Source: Eledone cirrhosa
Lineage: Eukaryota
Direction: 5' to 3'
Assembly (NCBI GenBank): GCA_964016885.1
Contig: OZ024752.1
Coordinates: forward strand, 35,464,001 to 35,528,000
DNA length: 64,000 nucleotides
In this document: in pieces, positions 13,201 through 27,139 of the stretch
Position numbering within the stretch: the first letter of the stretch is position 1
How the letters are laid out: each line of letters opens with the position of its first letter
Program-made: the position numbers and the translations under genes
Notes under the pieces: model-generated
What the model saw: the letters and a program-made list of their open reading frames with translations, nothing else
Database searches by the model: none
What the model was told of the DNA's origin: nothing

Positions 13201-14109
13201 TATATGCTCCCGCCCTTACCCTTTTTTAAAAATATTCTTTTATAGTTGTTGTTGTTCCTGTTTATTATGCGAAATAATTACCTAAATAGAATTTGCTTCA
13301 TTAAAAAAAAAAACAGAGTTGAACCTTCTGTAAAAAGAAGAAAAATCAATGGCTTTATTTTTGTCATACGTGTTGTAGAAAAAAAAAATAAAAGGCTTGA
13401 CCTTTTAGGCTTCCCTGAAAACAATACCCCACCCCACTCAACTTCGATTTGTTTTAATCAGATTTGAGCTAAACAGAACTGTGTTCACCAGATTGGAACT
13501 TATTGCTAATAATCATCTGAAAGAAGAGAAAGCCCTAGGGGACTGAAAACCCTAGATTTTGCTGTTGGTTATTACATTATTACGTAAAAATCAATTGAAC
13601 TTTGCGTGTCTAGCTGTGGCGGCAATCCTCGAGTCTCTTTCTCCTTTTCAAAACCACTCTCACATTCCCCTGCTTTCTTTAGATCCAACACAATCTTTGT
13701 TCTTCGCATATTTTTCGATTTCTGCCTGCAGAAGCATTCCTTTCCTTCCATTTGAACGAGAATATATCTCTATATACCACCACCAAATGGATCGCTAGTC
13801 TTACTACGTTTATTATTATTTTTTTTTCTATCTATGCATCACTTCCTCTTTTTACAGGTGCCACATTGAGATATATATCTACACAGCAGCTACACTATAC
13901 TGCGCCAACGAGCTAATGTGCTAACGTGACAGCCTCCTTGTTCGCTCGACCTGTTAAATAAAACAGCTAAATTCTCTTTTAAATTATACCCACGCCCCGC
14001 CTACCATTTTAAGAAAGTGCACATTAGATCACAGACTCCCCTGTGCCTGAAGAAAGGTGGCGCAATCATTGTAGGAACGTTCTGCTCAATCAGCTCTTAC
14101 CTAGGGCTA

Positions 14110-14585
<476 letters not shown>

Positions 14586-14807
14586 TCAAGATATGTTTTG
14601 TTATTGCTGTCTTGTTACTTCTTCTACATTCCGTTTACTGCTGTCGCTGTGACTGTCTGTCTGTCATAGAAGCTGCCACTGCCAATGCTTATTGCCAGAG
14701 CTATTGCTGATGCTCAATCTCCGCCATCACTCTAGTTACTCGTCTTACAACCGGCGCTGCCAGCTCAACGTAAACTGCATTCTTCCGTGACACTGCTGCC
14801 ACTAAAT

Positions 14808-15333
14808 CACCACACCACACCACACCACACCACACCACGCCACGCCACACCACGCCACACCACACCACACCACGCCACGCCACGCCACGCCACGCCACGC
14901 CACGCCACGCCACGCCACACCACACCACACCACACCACACCACACCACACCACATCTCACCATATCACACCACACCACACCACACCACGCCACGCCACGC
15001 CACGCCACGCCACGCCACGCCACACCACACCACACCACACCACACCACACCACACCACATCTCACCATATCACACCACACCACACCACACCACACCACAC
15101 CACGCCACGCCACGCCACGCCACGCCACGCCACGCCACGCCACGCCACGCCACGCCACACCACACCACACCACACCACACCACACCACACCACACCACAC
15201 CACACCACACCACACCACACCACGCCACGCCACGCCACGCCACGCCACGCCACGCCACGCCACGCCACGCCACACCACACCACACCACACCACACCACAC
15301 CACACCACACCACACCACACCACACCACACCAC
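14808..15333. repeat. Pentamer satellite (CACAC/CACGC)n with higher-order blocks
   Basis: Direct reading; CATCTCACCATAT marker occurs twice 105 bp apart. Confidence 0.95.
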
Positions 15334-15344
15334 TCCTTAATAAC

Positions 15345-16445
15345 CATTTCTAGTTACAAGGCACAAGGTCAGCAATTTAGAGAAGGGGGGTGGAGGTGGG
15401 GTGATGGTGGGGTGGGTGGAGGTGGGGGTGGGGTGGAGGAGGAAAGTTGATTAAATCGACCTCAGTACGTGACTGGTATTTTATTTTATCGACCTCGTAA
15501 AGGCCTCGTAAAGGCCTCGTAAAGGCAAAGTTAAACTCGGCGGGATTTGAACTCAGACCGCAAAGGGCCGTAACTCTATGCTGAAAAACATGGTGTCCGA
15601 CTCTCTACCGATACTGCCGGTTTCTTATATAGACACAAGGCCATCAATTTTAGGGAAGGGGAAAGTCGATAAAATCGACCCCCAGTACGTGACTGGTATT
15701 TGATTTTATCGATCTCGTAAGGCCTCGAAAGGCAAAGTTAAACTCGGTGGAATTTGAACTCAGATCGCAAAGGGCCGTAACTCAATGCTGCAAAGCATGT
15801 CGTCTGACGCTCTACCGATACTGCCAATTATTATAATGGTTTCTTATATATGCACAAGGTCAGCAATTTAGGGAGGGGAATGTCGATTAAATCGACTCTA
15901 GTACGTTACTGGTACTTTATTTTATCGACCCCGAAAGGATGATAGGCAAAGTTAACCTCGGCGAGATTTGAACTCAGACCGCAAAGGGCCGTAACTCTAT
16001 GCTGCAAAGCATGGCGTCCGACCCTCTGCCAATCCACCGCCTTAACCGCCCTAGCAATAATGAAATAATTGTTTCTACTTTAGGCACAAGGCCAGCAATT
16101 ACCCAGTACATTACTGGTACTTTATTTTATCGACCCCGTAAGGATGAAAGGCAAAGTTAACCTCGGCGGGATTTGAACTCAGATCGTAAAGGGACGTAAC
16201 TATGCTGGAAAGCATGGCGTCCGACCCTCTACCGATACTGCCAATCCACCGTGAAATAATTGTTTCTACTTTAGGCACAAGGCCAGCAATTACCCAGTGC
16301 ATTACTGGTACTTTATTTTATCGACCCCGTAAGGATGAAAGGCAAAGTCAACCTCGGCGGGATTTGAACTCAGATCGTAAAGGGACGTAACTGTGCTGGA
16401 AAGCATGGCGTCCGACCCTCTACCGATACTGCCAATTCACCGCCA
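15345..16445 (-). mobile_element. Cluster of about 5 tandem Meta-core SINE copies
   Basis: Repeated heads and cores; last two units separated by the repeated flank TGAAATAAT. Confidence 0.85.
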
Positions 16446-16944
16446 ATTTACCGTGAAATAATGAATGGACAAAATAATAACAAAAGTGGCACAACTAATT
16501 TGATACTAACGTTGTTGTTATTGTTGTTGTTGTTGTTGCTGGTGCTGATGGCGTCACTGTTAGAGCTGTTGCTACCTATAACTGCTGCAGTTAGTAACCT
16601 ACACAGCTACTGCTGCTGCTACTACTGCTGCTGTTGAAGTATCTGCAGAAGTTGCTTTTGTTTACAAGCCAAGTCTTCAAGCTACGAGAAAAAGGCTTGT
16701 ACGCGGTCGCGTGATCCGCTAGAAAATAGCGACGAAATCTCCCTCATACCATACCGTACCTTCTTAATGAAAGAAGGTCACGATTATGTAGTCAAGTCAA
16801 TAAAAGCCGCAATTACCAGGGTCGGACTTTCGCCTGCTGAGACCCGAGACCCTCAGTTATATGAAATGTGAAGCCCCTCTCTAACAGAATTCGTGTAGAA
16901 AATTTTTTTAATATTTAATGATAAAGAATAAATTATAAATATAT

Positions 16945-16993
<49 letters not shown>

Positions 16994-17120
16994 AAAGTTC
17001 TATTTAAATTGTTGGGATACAACAAGCAAATATTTTTATAACTGATATAAAGCACTCAACAAGTATTTGGAGTAAACATACGATATTAACAAATGGAAAC
17101 TATATTTATAAAACCATATC

Positions 17121-17185
17121 TATTTTATTATACATATTTCAAGGATACCATGTTAAATTATGGTATGCTTTCATCAGACAAAATA
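17121..17185 (-). ncRNA. Type I minimal hammerhead ribozyme in Penelope-like repeat family D
   Basis: Minus strand: UAUUUUGU CUGAUGA AAG-cAUACCAU..AUGGUAUc-CUU GAA AUAUGUAU A/ AUAAAAUA; intact core, AUA triplet. Confidence 0.8.
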
Positions 17186-17270
17186 CAATATATACCAGTT
17201 TTATAAATAAGTAAATATTGACATACCCTTACAAAATGCCGCCATTACTTTTGGAAGACTTCTTAATATC

Positions 17271-17308
<38 letters not shown>

Positions 17309-17391
17309 CAGTGAGTGTGTTCTGTTATTAATTCTGGCAATACTATTACAACAACATGACCCTCCCCAAGTATAACTATATATATATATGT

Positions 17392-17674
<283 letters not shown>

Positions 17675-17871
17675 TTTTAGTGTTAAAGATTAGAAACTAA
17701 TGATAAAATAAAAAGTTATTTTTAAAAAATGGAACCCCCGAGTGTGTGTGACTTTAAGTTATATTTAGCTTATAGGTAACTCCAGTACCCCGCGATGTTC
17801 ATGGATGGAATGCAGCTTGGTCATGAGTCTGCTTGGATATGGTTAAAAAGAAGAACAACTTCTAGTTATAA

Positions 17872-17904
<33 letters not shown>

Positions 17905-17919
17905 TTTAAGGCCCCTATC

Positions 17920-18179
17920 CAGAGTGGGATTTACATATAAGCTAAACAAGCTATAGCTTAGGGCCCCCACTTTCTTGGGGCCCCGAAAAAATTGGAAAAA
18001 AACGGTGTGTACATTTCCAAAATATAAGATAAAAAAGAACTAAAATAATGCAATAGTTTTAAACAGTTTTCTGCTTTAATATTGAACGTTTTGCAGGTTT
18101 TATAACATTTTTTATAACATATAAAGGGCCCCATTATCTCAAATAGTTTAGGGCCTCATCAAATCTAAATCCGGCCCTG
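17920..18179. mobile_element. hAT-type MITE with 8-bp TSD CCCCTATC
   Basis: Ends CAGAGTGGGATTTA / TAAATCCGGCCCTG; TSD at 17912-17919 and 18180-18187. Confidence 0.85.
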
Positions 18180-18711
18180 CCCCTATCGGTCACTAATGAA
18201 ACAAACCTGCCTGGGCAAGGTTTCTTTGTGGAAGACCAGCAGTCTTCACGCCAAAGATGTTGCGCAAGGGTAAGGCAAGGGCCGATACAGATTGGCACCA
18301 GTGACGCCGCAACTCCTTTTTACAGCTGAGTAAACTGACTTGCTCAAGGACACAATGTATCACCCGGTCTGAGAATCTAACTCACAACGTCTCAATTGTA
18401 AGCCCAACGTTCTAACCAATAAGTTATGTGCCTTCATATATATATATCCGAACTCGGATTTAGCTGTCGAAACGGCCGGAGCTCAGCCGTCGGGGTCCTG
18501 ACTCTTTTTCTATTACCCACTCTACTACCCTAAGTATTGAGTACTCTGGTGTGTTATGGTCCACCTGGTATCTTACCACACCTTCTTCGTTATATATATA
18601 CTTCACACTAAGTTGGTGATGTTGTTATTCAGGTACTCCTTGGGAATGTGACATCGTGTGGTGGAGTTTCTGTTTATAACTAATCATGTTGTTAACACGA
18701 AAAGTTACTTG

Positions 18712-18820
18712 TATACACACGCACACATATACACACACACAAACGCATATATACACACATTTATACGTGTGTGTGTGTGTGTGTGTATATATGTGTGTAT
18801 ATGTGTGTGTATATGTGTGT

Positions 18821-18886
<66 letters not shown>

Positions 18887-19222
18887 CTTCTGGTTTTATA
18901 ATTTCACAAAGTTTTACCAATAGAGAGAGAGTCGGTTTCTAACATAGACACAGGAATCTCTCATTGGAATTTACACAACATCAACTAGGTAGATATGTAT
19001 GTATGTCTGCATGCATGCATGCATGTGTAGATATGGATGTTATTATATGTGTGGATGTGGATGTTTTGAGTTGCATGTGTGCATGTGTATATGCTTTGTA
19101 TCTGTACATGTGTATATTCAGTTATTAGATGCAAAATGTGTATGTATGTGTGTATGTATGTATGTATGTATGTATGTATGTATGTATGTATGTATGTATG
19201 TATGTATGTATGTATGTATGTA

Positions 19223-19296
<74 letters not shown>
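18712..19296. repeat. (CA)n/(TG)n/(TATG)n/(GA)n microsatellite blocks
   Basis: Direct reading. Confidence 0.9.
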
Positions 19297-19299
<3 letters not shown>

Positions 19300-20404
19300 A
19301 AGGAAGGTGATGATATACGGAATGTTGTACATTAAAAAAAGATCATCAATTCCTGGTTGAAATAGGAAGAAATCTAAAACCCAGCGGCAGCTGTTTGCGA
19401 TTCTCTTAGAAGAGGGGAGATAATTTCAAGAAAGATATTAAGGGTTACTATGGGAAAGTTAAGGTGTCGATTTAGTCGAGATCGATAAAAAAAAGTAGCA
19501 GTATAGTACTGAGGTTGGTGATTCAGAAAGTAAGTATGGGTTCTAGAGTAACATTTGTTTTAGAGACTTATAAGAAATCCTAGACAGAGTAGGCGTATCT
19601 GAAATCCAACATAACTGAGCTCTCAAATGCAAAATAGATATCAGTGGAACAAATGCCAGTATTGAGATGTAATATTGTATATCATTAAACACATGAAGGC
19701 ACGTGAAGGCGCATGGCTTAGTGGTTAGAGCATTGGGCTTGCAATCGAAAGGTTGTGAATTCGATTCTCGGACCGGGTAGTGTGTTATTTTCTTGAGCAA
19801 GACACTTTATTTCACGTTGCTCCAGTTTACTCAGCTGTAGAAATGAGATGATAGGACTGGAGTCCCTATCATTAAATCACCCAAGACACCGCCAACGAGA
19901 TATACCTTGGAGGAGGCCAGCTAAACCTGCATAGGCGTGAGCTGTCACACGCACACACACACACAGCAACCCTTCTAAAGCCCCCTTCAAAAGATGAAGT
20001 TTGCAGCCTTCTTGAGTGGAACCTACAGTGGTAAGAAACTCTCGGGAGAGCTGGGCAGCAGAAGGTTTTCAGAGAATAAACCCTCCTTCATTCAAGTAAA
20101 ATAAAGTACCAGTAATATACTGGGGTCGATTTAATCGACTTTCCACTCCCCTAAAAAGGCTGGCCTTGTGCCTATAGTAGAAACAATTATATCATCCCTT
20201 CTAGAGCCTCCTTCAAAATATGAAATTTGCAGCCTTTTTGAATGGGAGCCATTAATAACGGTGAAGGTTTGTAAATTCTGAATAAATAAAAGCCATATCA
20301 ACTTCTCACATGAGAAATATTGGTTTGATCGGGAAAGCACTATGACAGTTGTAATTTAGACCTCAACAAATGATCTGTATCGAAATATTAAAGTTGTTTA
20401 AGGT

Positions 20405-20831
20405 CAGAGGTGTACAACATATTCCATTGACGGGCCACTTTTGAACATTGGAACAACTATTAGGGCCATTAATATTTATTAAGCACTATTCCAAAGATCC
20501 ACCACAACTTCTTTCCATAACATGGAACTGGGAAATTATAACACAGACAACCCTATCAGAACAACTATTAGGGCCATTAATATTTATTAAGTACTATTCC
20601 AAAGATTCACCACAACTTCTTTCCATAACATGGAACTGGGAAATTATAACACACGTAACCCTATCAGTGAAGCCCTTTAGTATAGGTCAACTAACAGAAC
20701 ATTGTATTACGGTTACAAAAAATATTCTAAATAAGCCTACAAAGTAAAAATTAAAAACTGTTATCGATGACCACTCTGACTGGTCTGGCGGACCGGATTG
20801 TGGCCCGCGGGCTGCCTGTTGTACACCCCTG
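20405..20831. mobile_element. hAT-type MITE with internal 111-bp duplication
   Basis: TIR CAGAGGTGTACAAC / GTTGTACACCCCTG; 20450-20560 is duplicated. Confidence 0.75.
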
Positions 20832-20987
20832 TTTATGGATGTTCATGGGAGTATTTACAAACTCTAAAGTGCAAACTATCTCACCACGACCCTCTCAGTG
20901 GAAGAAGAAGAAGAAGAAGACTAAATTCATCCACTAGTGGTGACATGATAAAACCATTCCATCTTACACAATCCAACATTACACTGA

Positions 20988-21565
20988 GTAATTGCTGGCC
21001 TTGTGCCAAAAGTAGAAACAATTATTTTATTAGCTAAGGCGGTGGATTGGCAGAATCGGTAGAGCGTCAGACACAAAATGCTTTGCAGCATAGAGTTATG
21101 GCCCTTTTATGTTCTGAGATCAAATCCTGCCGAGGTTAGCTTTGCCTTTCATCCTTACAGGGTCGATAAAATAAAGTACCAGTAATGCACTGGTCGATAA
21201 AATAAAGTACCAGTAATGCACTGGTCGATAAAATAAAGTACCAGTAATGCACTGGGATAATTACTGGCCTTGTGCCGAGAATAGAAACAATTATTAAGCC
21301 TGGCGGAGCCCATCACCTAACTCTGGGTCTAAATACAATAGGTCTCTTCCAGAGAAGGGTAGATAGTGGGAGAATGGAAGTGAAAAACAGATGTGAAGGA
21401 AGAATCAACCATATTACTAGACTGGTACTTTTTTTGTTATCGACCTCGAAAGGATGAAAGGCAAAGTTAACCATGACGGGATCTGAACTGAGAGAGCAGA
21501 GAACCAGAACGAATACAGCAAAATATTCTATCCGACGTTCTAATAACTCTGCCAATTCGTCGCCC
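20988..21565. mobile_element. Meta-core SINEs, plus then minus, with an internal 30-bp triplication
   Basis: SINE consensus; GTCGATAAAATAAAGTACCAGTAATGCACT x3. Confidence 0.8.
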
Positions 21566-22124
21566 AATATTAAATATAAATATCTCTAAAATACAAACCG
21601 ATATTTTAACTATAAAGTTATTGATTAACTATGTTACGTTTATTGAATAAATAAGTTTAATACCCAATAATTTTCTGTTGTTTATTTATATTTAGACAGT
21701 TTGTTGTGCATAAAGCATGTCAAAATATTTATATTTTTATCTAAAATGTACTCTGATGTAAAAAAATAAAAATATAAAGTTTGGGTATTTCTGGGTTGAT
21801 TTATGACTTGAGAGACATTTGGTTGCTATTTCTAGCAGGTTATATCATGGTGTGGAGCTTCTTTGTTAGTTTGGTAGACTCCCAAGGGAGCGGGGAAGGG
21901 AAGGGGAGACGGAGTAATACCGGAAAGGAAAGGAAAGGAAGGAAGGAAAGACGTGGAAATACAGAAAAAGGAGGGAAGATGAAAAAATACCGAGAGGGAA
22001 GGGAAAAATGAAGAACTAGAGCGAGGGAATGGGGAAGGAAGATGAAGAAAACATAGGAAAACATTTCGTCTCTGCATCCCTTTCATTAAATAGCATTAAA
22101 TGTTTCACAAAACGGGAGTAAGAC

Positions 22125-22695
22125 ATCTCCTCCTCCTAACGTCTGCCATCAGTCAATTGAAGCATGGCGTAGCAGCTACGACAAACATAGATATAGATAT
22201 AGATGGTGGCTGCCAACTCGTTTTCGAGTACGGCCACTACTTTATATCCATGTAGGAGAACCCCTACCGATGCGCTGAACGAGTGTGACTTTTTAGTCCA
22301 GCCAGCGACTTGAAAACTCTGGTACAAACACTACACTTGTGACAATTACTGACACATAGTGCTGGGCCCATGGTACCATGTGACGACAAGTACAGAGAGA
22401 TCTCCAGATATAAAGCAATGCCTGTGCCGTGAAGCTTTTATAGTGAGCAAAGGCACTGCACAAAGCCAGTCCCACTCTCTTAACCAAGATGATATTTACC
22501 AAAAAGAAGAACAAGTCAACATCATTGGATACCATCAGGGTTGCAGGTGTTATATCAGAGTTTTCCTTCTCCTAGAATTCTGCCTTGACAAAGGCTAAGG
22601 GGTCATCTCTCCCTACTAACGTCTGCCATCAGTCAATTGAAGCATGGCGTAGCAGCTACGACAAACATAGATATAGATATAGATATAGATATATA
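22125..22695 (+). mobile_element. LINE-like 3' fragment with (ATAGAT)n tail, preceded by a duplicate of its own terminus
   Basis: About 75-nt terminus plus ATAGAT repeats at 22125-22204 and 22604-22695. Confidence 0.55.
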
Positions 22696-22782
22696 CAGTT
22701 TTCTATATACAATATTCTATAGACATGAAAGGCAAATACAATTTTGGCGTATAGTTGTATGTGTGTGTGTATATAAAGAGAG

Positions 22783-22827
<45 letters not shown>

Positions 22828-22860
22828 GACAGAGAGGGGGGAGGGAGATGCGTGTGTGTG

Positions 22861-22901
<41 letters not shown>

Positions 22902-23439
22902 TTATATATAAAGCTGTTTCTACAAAACCAAACCCAAACTATTACTACCACATATACCACAAAAGTAGTTAAATATTAAATATAATTATTTGTATATATA
23001 TATATCAGTTTACCTATATTTCCAGAACAAATGCATAAGGATGTTTATATAAAAACAACAAAACACACTATTAAAGGGAACAAACAAACAACAACAAAAA
23101 AAGGAAAGGAAATGAAAAGAAGATAAAGAAAAAGGAATCAAGCAACGAAAGATAGGGAGGGAGAGCGACAAATACTATACCCCAGTCTGAGCGGTGCCTC
23201 AGCCGCCCACCACGGCCAAAATGGCTAAGGCATGTATAAGAGATATATCGCCAGCCAAGGGAGAAGAGTTTCCCCCCTTCCTCCTTGCATTCATTTATTT
23301 TTTCGCCCTCCCTCTTTCTGTTTGTAAACACGTATAAAACTGAATAGGAAATTTTGAATCAATATTTATTTTGTCTTTGGTTGTTCCACTGAACTTTGAC
23401 GGAGATGCTACGCCACGATGCGGTTCGATAAGCATAGTT

Positions 23440-24065
23440 AGATTACCAGGGCCTGACCAGCCGTTTCATTTCTGTACCGGCCTCTGTCGAGACCTCTGGT
23501 GTCCTTGGTACCGACATTACCACAGAGGAGAGGAAGATAGTTAAATACTGGGGTCTGACTGACCACTTCCTCTTTGTACCGGCCTCTGTCGAGACCTCTG
23601 GTGTCCTTGGTCCCCGCATTACCACAGAGGAGAGGAAGATAGTTAAATACTGGGGTCTGACTGACCACTTCCTCTTTGTACCGGCCTCTGTCAAGATCTC
23701 TGGTGTCCTTGGTCTCCACATTACCACAGAGGAGAGGAAGATAGTTAAATACTGGGGTCTGACTGACCACTTCCTCTTTGTACCGGCCTCTGTCGAGACC
23801 TCTGGTGTCCTTGGTCCCCGCATTACCACAGAGGAGAGGAAGATAGTTAAATACTGGGGTCTGACTGACCACTTCCTCTTTGTACCGGCCTCTGTCAAGA
23901 CCTCTGGTGTCCTTGGTCCCCGCACTGCTGATTTCCTCCGTAAAATCAAAAAGACAGCAACTCACCTAAGGAAGAATCCCTGTGAGGTGGAGTGGCTGTT
24001 GTGACGGATGCCTCTGGAACAATCTCTGCTGTAATATCTTTGTCCGCGAGGCACAGCTAAAACAC
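23440..24065 (+). pseudogene. CRE-like RLE-domain C-terminus with in-frame 102-bp (34-aa) tandem amplification, about 4.5 copies
   Basis: Unit translates ITTEERKIVKYWGLTDHFLFVPASVETSGVLGPR, matching AERSKTLKYSDL...FQPVAFETFGGVGP of the 58495 ORF; followed by NPCEVEWL. Confidence 0.8.
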
Positions 24066-25099
24066 CACTCAGACTGGGGTGTAGAACTTGTCGTCCCACA
24101 CCCCCTCTTCCTTTTTGTCGATGCGAAATTTCCACCTTTTTTCTTACTCTTTTTCTTATCTATATGGATAATAAACGAATACAAATAAGATTAAAATAGA
24201 AAAATAAAGTTACGTAATATACACTGTTTCTATAGATGTTTGTGGACATAATATATACGAATGGTTAAGAGGTTCCCTTCGCAATCGCTAGGGCCCAGGT
24301 TCGATCTCATTGAGTGGCCTTATGGGGAAAGTGTCATTTACCATAGCCTCAAGTCGACCCATGTCTTCTGAGTGAAACTGGGTGGAAGGAAACTGTTTTG
24401 AAGCCCGTCAGATACATTATACCTGTAATTTAATGGGCCAGCATTATCACACATTTTTGTCACGCTGAATCTCCCTGATAATTACGTTAAGGGTACACGT
24501 GTCTATGAAATGCTCAGCCTCTAACCCGTTAATTTCACCAATAGGCTGCTCCGTTGATCTAACGACTGGAATGCTTATCGTTTCAACCGACGAAGGTACA
24601 CCATAGATGTTTCTAAAGAATTTAAGCAAATATAATTGTGGGAAAAGATACTGGTGAATATTTCTCTAACGTCAAATAGAAAGACAGTACTATCAGAAAA
24701 TGTCAAAGAACTCGAAATTCTCATAGAGTAAAAGGAAATGTTATATGCCTTAATCGATTCTTTGTTGGAATTGGACTAACAAGAGACACCAAAGTGAAAT
24801 GGGGACATTCTCTGACTGATTGTTGAATAGTTTAAACCACGAGTCACCTGCTGGTTTTCCCATTATTGGATTTTCCTGGCTGTTTGGAGAATTTCATGAA
24901 TAATAGTTTTTAATTTAGGCACAAGGCTAGCAATTCTAAGGGGTGGGGAAAACCGATTCAATCAACCCAGTACCTTACCAATATTTTTTTAAGCAAAGTT
25001 GATCACAATGGGATTTGAATTCGTTCGATTTTTTTAAACAATCGATAGAATACTGTATCTAGGTTCATTACCTCTTTCACTTTATTTTACAAAAGTTAA

Positions 25100-25378
25100 T
25101 AGGCTGACCAAGATACAGATTTTACGGGCAAAATCAGCCCGCAGGAGACCCAGGGGTAGATCTCGAGCAAGATGGTTGGATAAAATCCATGGGCTTCGCT
25201 GCTCTCGTTTGGGGATCCAGCCGAATCAACTGGAAACGATTGTTTCTGACGTGATCCTCTGGAAGGAGTTTTGAGGACTCTGCTGCCCCCCGGAAGAAGA
25301 AGAAGAAGAAGAAAAGAAGAAGAAAAAAAGAAAAGAAGAAAAGAAGAAAAGAAGAAAAAGAAGAAGAAGAAGAAGAAT
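25100..25378 (+). mobile_element. RTE-like LINE 3' fragment with (GAA)n tail
   Basis: RRPRGRSRARWLDKI...IVSD..LW motif, then GAA repeats. Confidence 0.65.
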
Positions 25379-25586
25379 TTTATTTTATTAATATTTATCA
25401 CTCTAAACTTTTTGCAAGCGAAAAATTAATCAAAATATAAAGCTGAAGATAACATGGAATAGTAAAAGATTTCTTGGGGATTTTTTTTTTAAGTTAATTT
25501 ATAAATAATTGTCTTTGGAAAAATGATAAAGAAATTGAAAAAGATAATCATCAAGTTTCATTTTTTCAAAACTTTTGTAATAAAAT

Positions 25587-25621
<35 letters not shown>

Positions 25622-25715
25622 GTGTTTTTTTTATGTGTTAGAGCATATGCTGTTTGTTTCATCTGAGGCAAAAGAACGCCATCTGATATGATTAGAATTT
25701 GAATAAGGAAATTAC

Positions 25716-25746
<31 letters not shown>

Positions 25747-26409
25747 AATTACAAACAAAAAAAAAAACATTGATAAATGTCATTTGTTTCTCATATATGA
25801 CCTTAAAATTCGACATTACCCTTTCTAAAAAGCGTAAAATCAATAACAGTCTTACTACATGCAGCTATTATATTAATTAATTTTTTTTTTTCTTTAGCCG
25901 TTTCATTTTCGTTTCCTTTCGAAAATCATTCTTCTTTATGTACAGGTATTTATCCAGTTCATATATTACAGCATTGAAAACTGCTCTATCTTTCAAACCA
26001 AACTGATTACATCGAATCGGGAAGCTATATTACTTACCTGTATAAAGAGTTTGGCAACAACTCATACACACACAGAGAGAAAAAAAATGCTTCCTTTTTC
26101 TCCGTTTCAACAGATAAATTCCCTTTAATAAGGATAAACACAATTGTTTTCGACATACAATTTATCTATTCGGTAAAGAAATTAATAGTATCAACGAATT
26201 ATGGTGTAATTTAAAGTTGAGCAAGAAATATTTTTTTAACATTCGTCTATATCGTTTGCAGTTGGTATATTAAAAAAAAACAACAACAGAGTAACAAGTT
26301 TATGTGGTTCATAAGAATCATTAAAGTTTTATCAAATGGAAGGATGGAAGAACGAATAATATATTTTATATTAAAAGTAAATGTTGACTGTGTTTTGAGG
26401 TAAAACATA

Positions 26410-26590
26410 TACGAGGCTGACTATGAAGGAGTGATGCTAGAGCTGTGAAATCTTGCATGCATTAATTTCAGCTCTTTTTATTAATAACTGCATTCTTTCT
26501 TTCCAGGGACTATGTTGAAAAATAAATCTTATTTGGTCATTCCTTGAGAGTATCTTCGTCAGTCTATAAACTTTTCAGCCGACTCGTAAC
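26410..26590. mobile_element. Tc1/mariner-type MITE (same family as 37380-38096)
   Basis: TA-flanked ends TACGAG..GCTGAC / GTCAGTCTATAAACTTTTCAGCCGACTCGTA; internal sequence shared with 37405-37465 and 37985-38090. Confidence 0.65.
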
Positions 26591-26799
26591 TCAGTCTCTA
26601 AAGAAGATAAAGAAATAACTGCAGCCCTTTAACCTTTCAACATTGATGTGTAAAAATTACAGGGATTCGCATCTGGTTACTTTAATGTTTAGGGTCGACC
26701 ACACAAAATTGAAACCTTAACAAATATTACAAGTTTGGGGGAGGGGAAAGTCGATCAAATTGACCCCAGTGCGTTACTTAACAGCATTCGTTACTTAAC

Positions 26800-27125
26800 A
26801 GCATTCAAAAACCTATCCTGGAAACGACATCCCACCTTGTCTAAACTCTATGGCAAACTCCCTCGAGCCTCTGCCCTTCTAAAATCCCGGAGAGCTCAAT
26901 TTGCTGGCCACTGTCACCGTGCCAGCAATGAAATCATATCCGCTCTCTTGCTCTGGAACCCTGACTCCAGCCTGACTAGGAGTAGGAAGCTGTCATTCCC
27001 TGACGTTATCTCTAGGGATACGGGAATCAGCAGACAGGACCTGGGGGCAGCGATGGGGGACAGGGGATTCTGGGGCATGAGAGTGAGATCCATCATCTCG
27101 ACAGTAGTCGACGAGTGGTGGTGGT
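26800..27125 (+). mobile_element. RTE-clade LINE 3' fragment with (TGG)n tail
   Basis: NLSWKRHPT..KLYG.LP..S...RRAQFAGHCHR...LLLW...AMGDRGFW. Confidence 0.8.
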
Positions 27126-27139
27126 CATTCCAGCTCTTC

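Noticed and set aside
19706-19780. tRNA gene-like sequence (also 38870, 63737)
   Set aside because: A/B boxes run into a SINE body and no proper acceptor stem forms.
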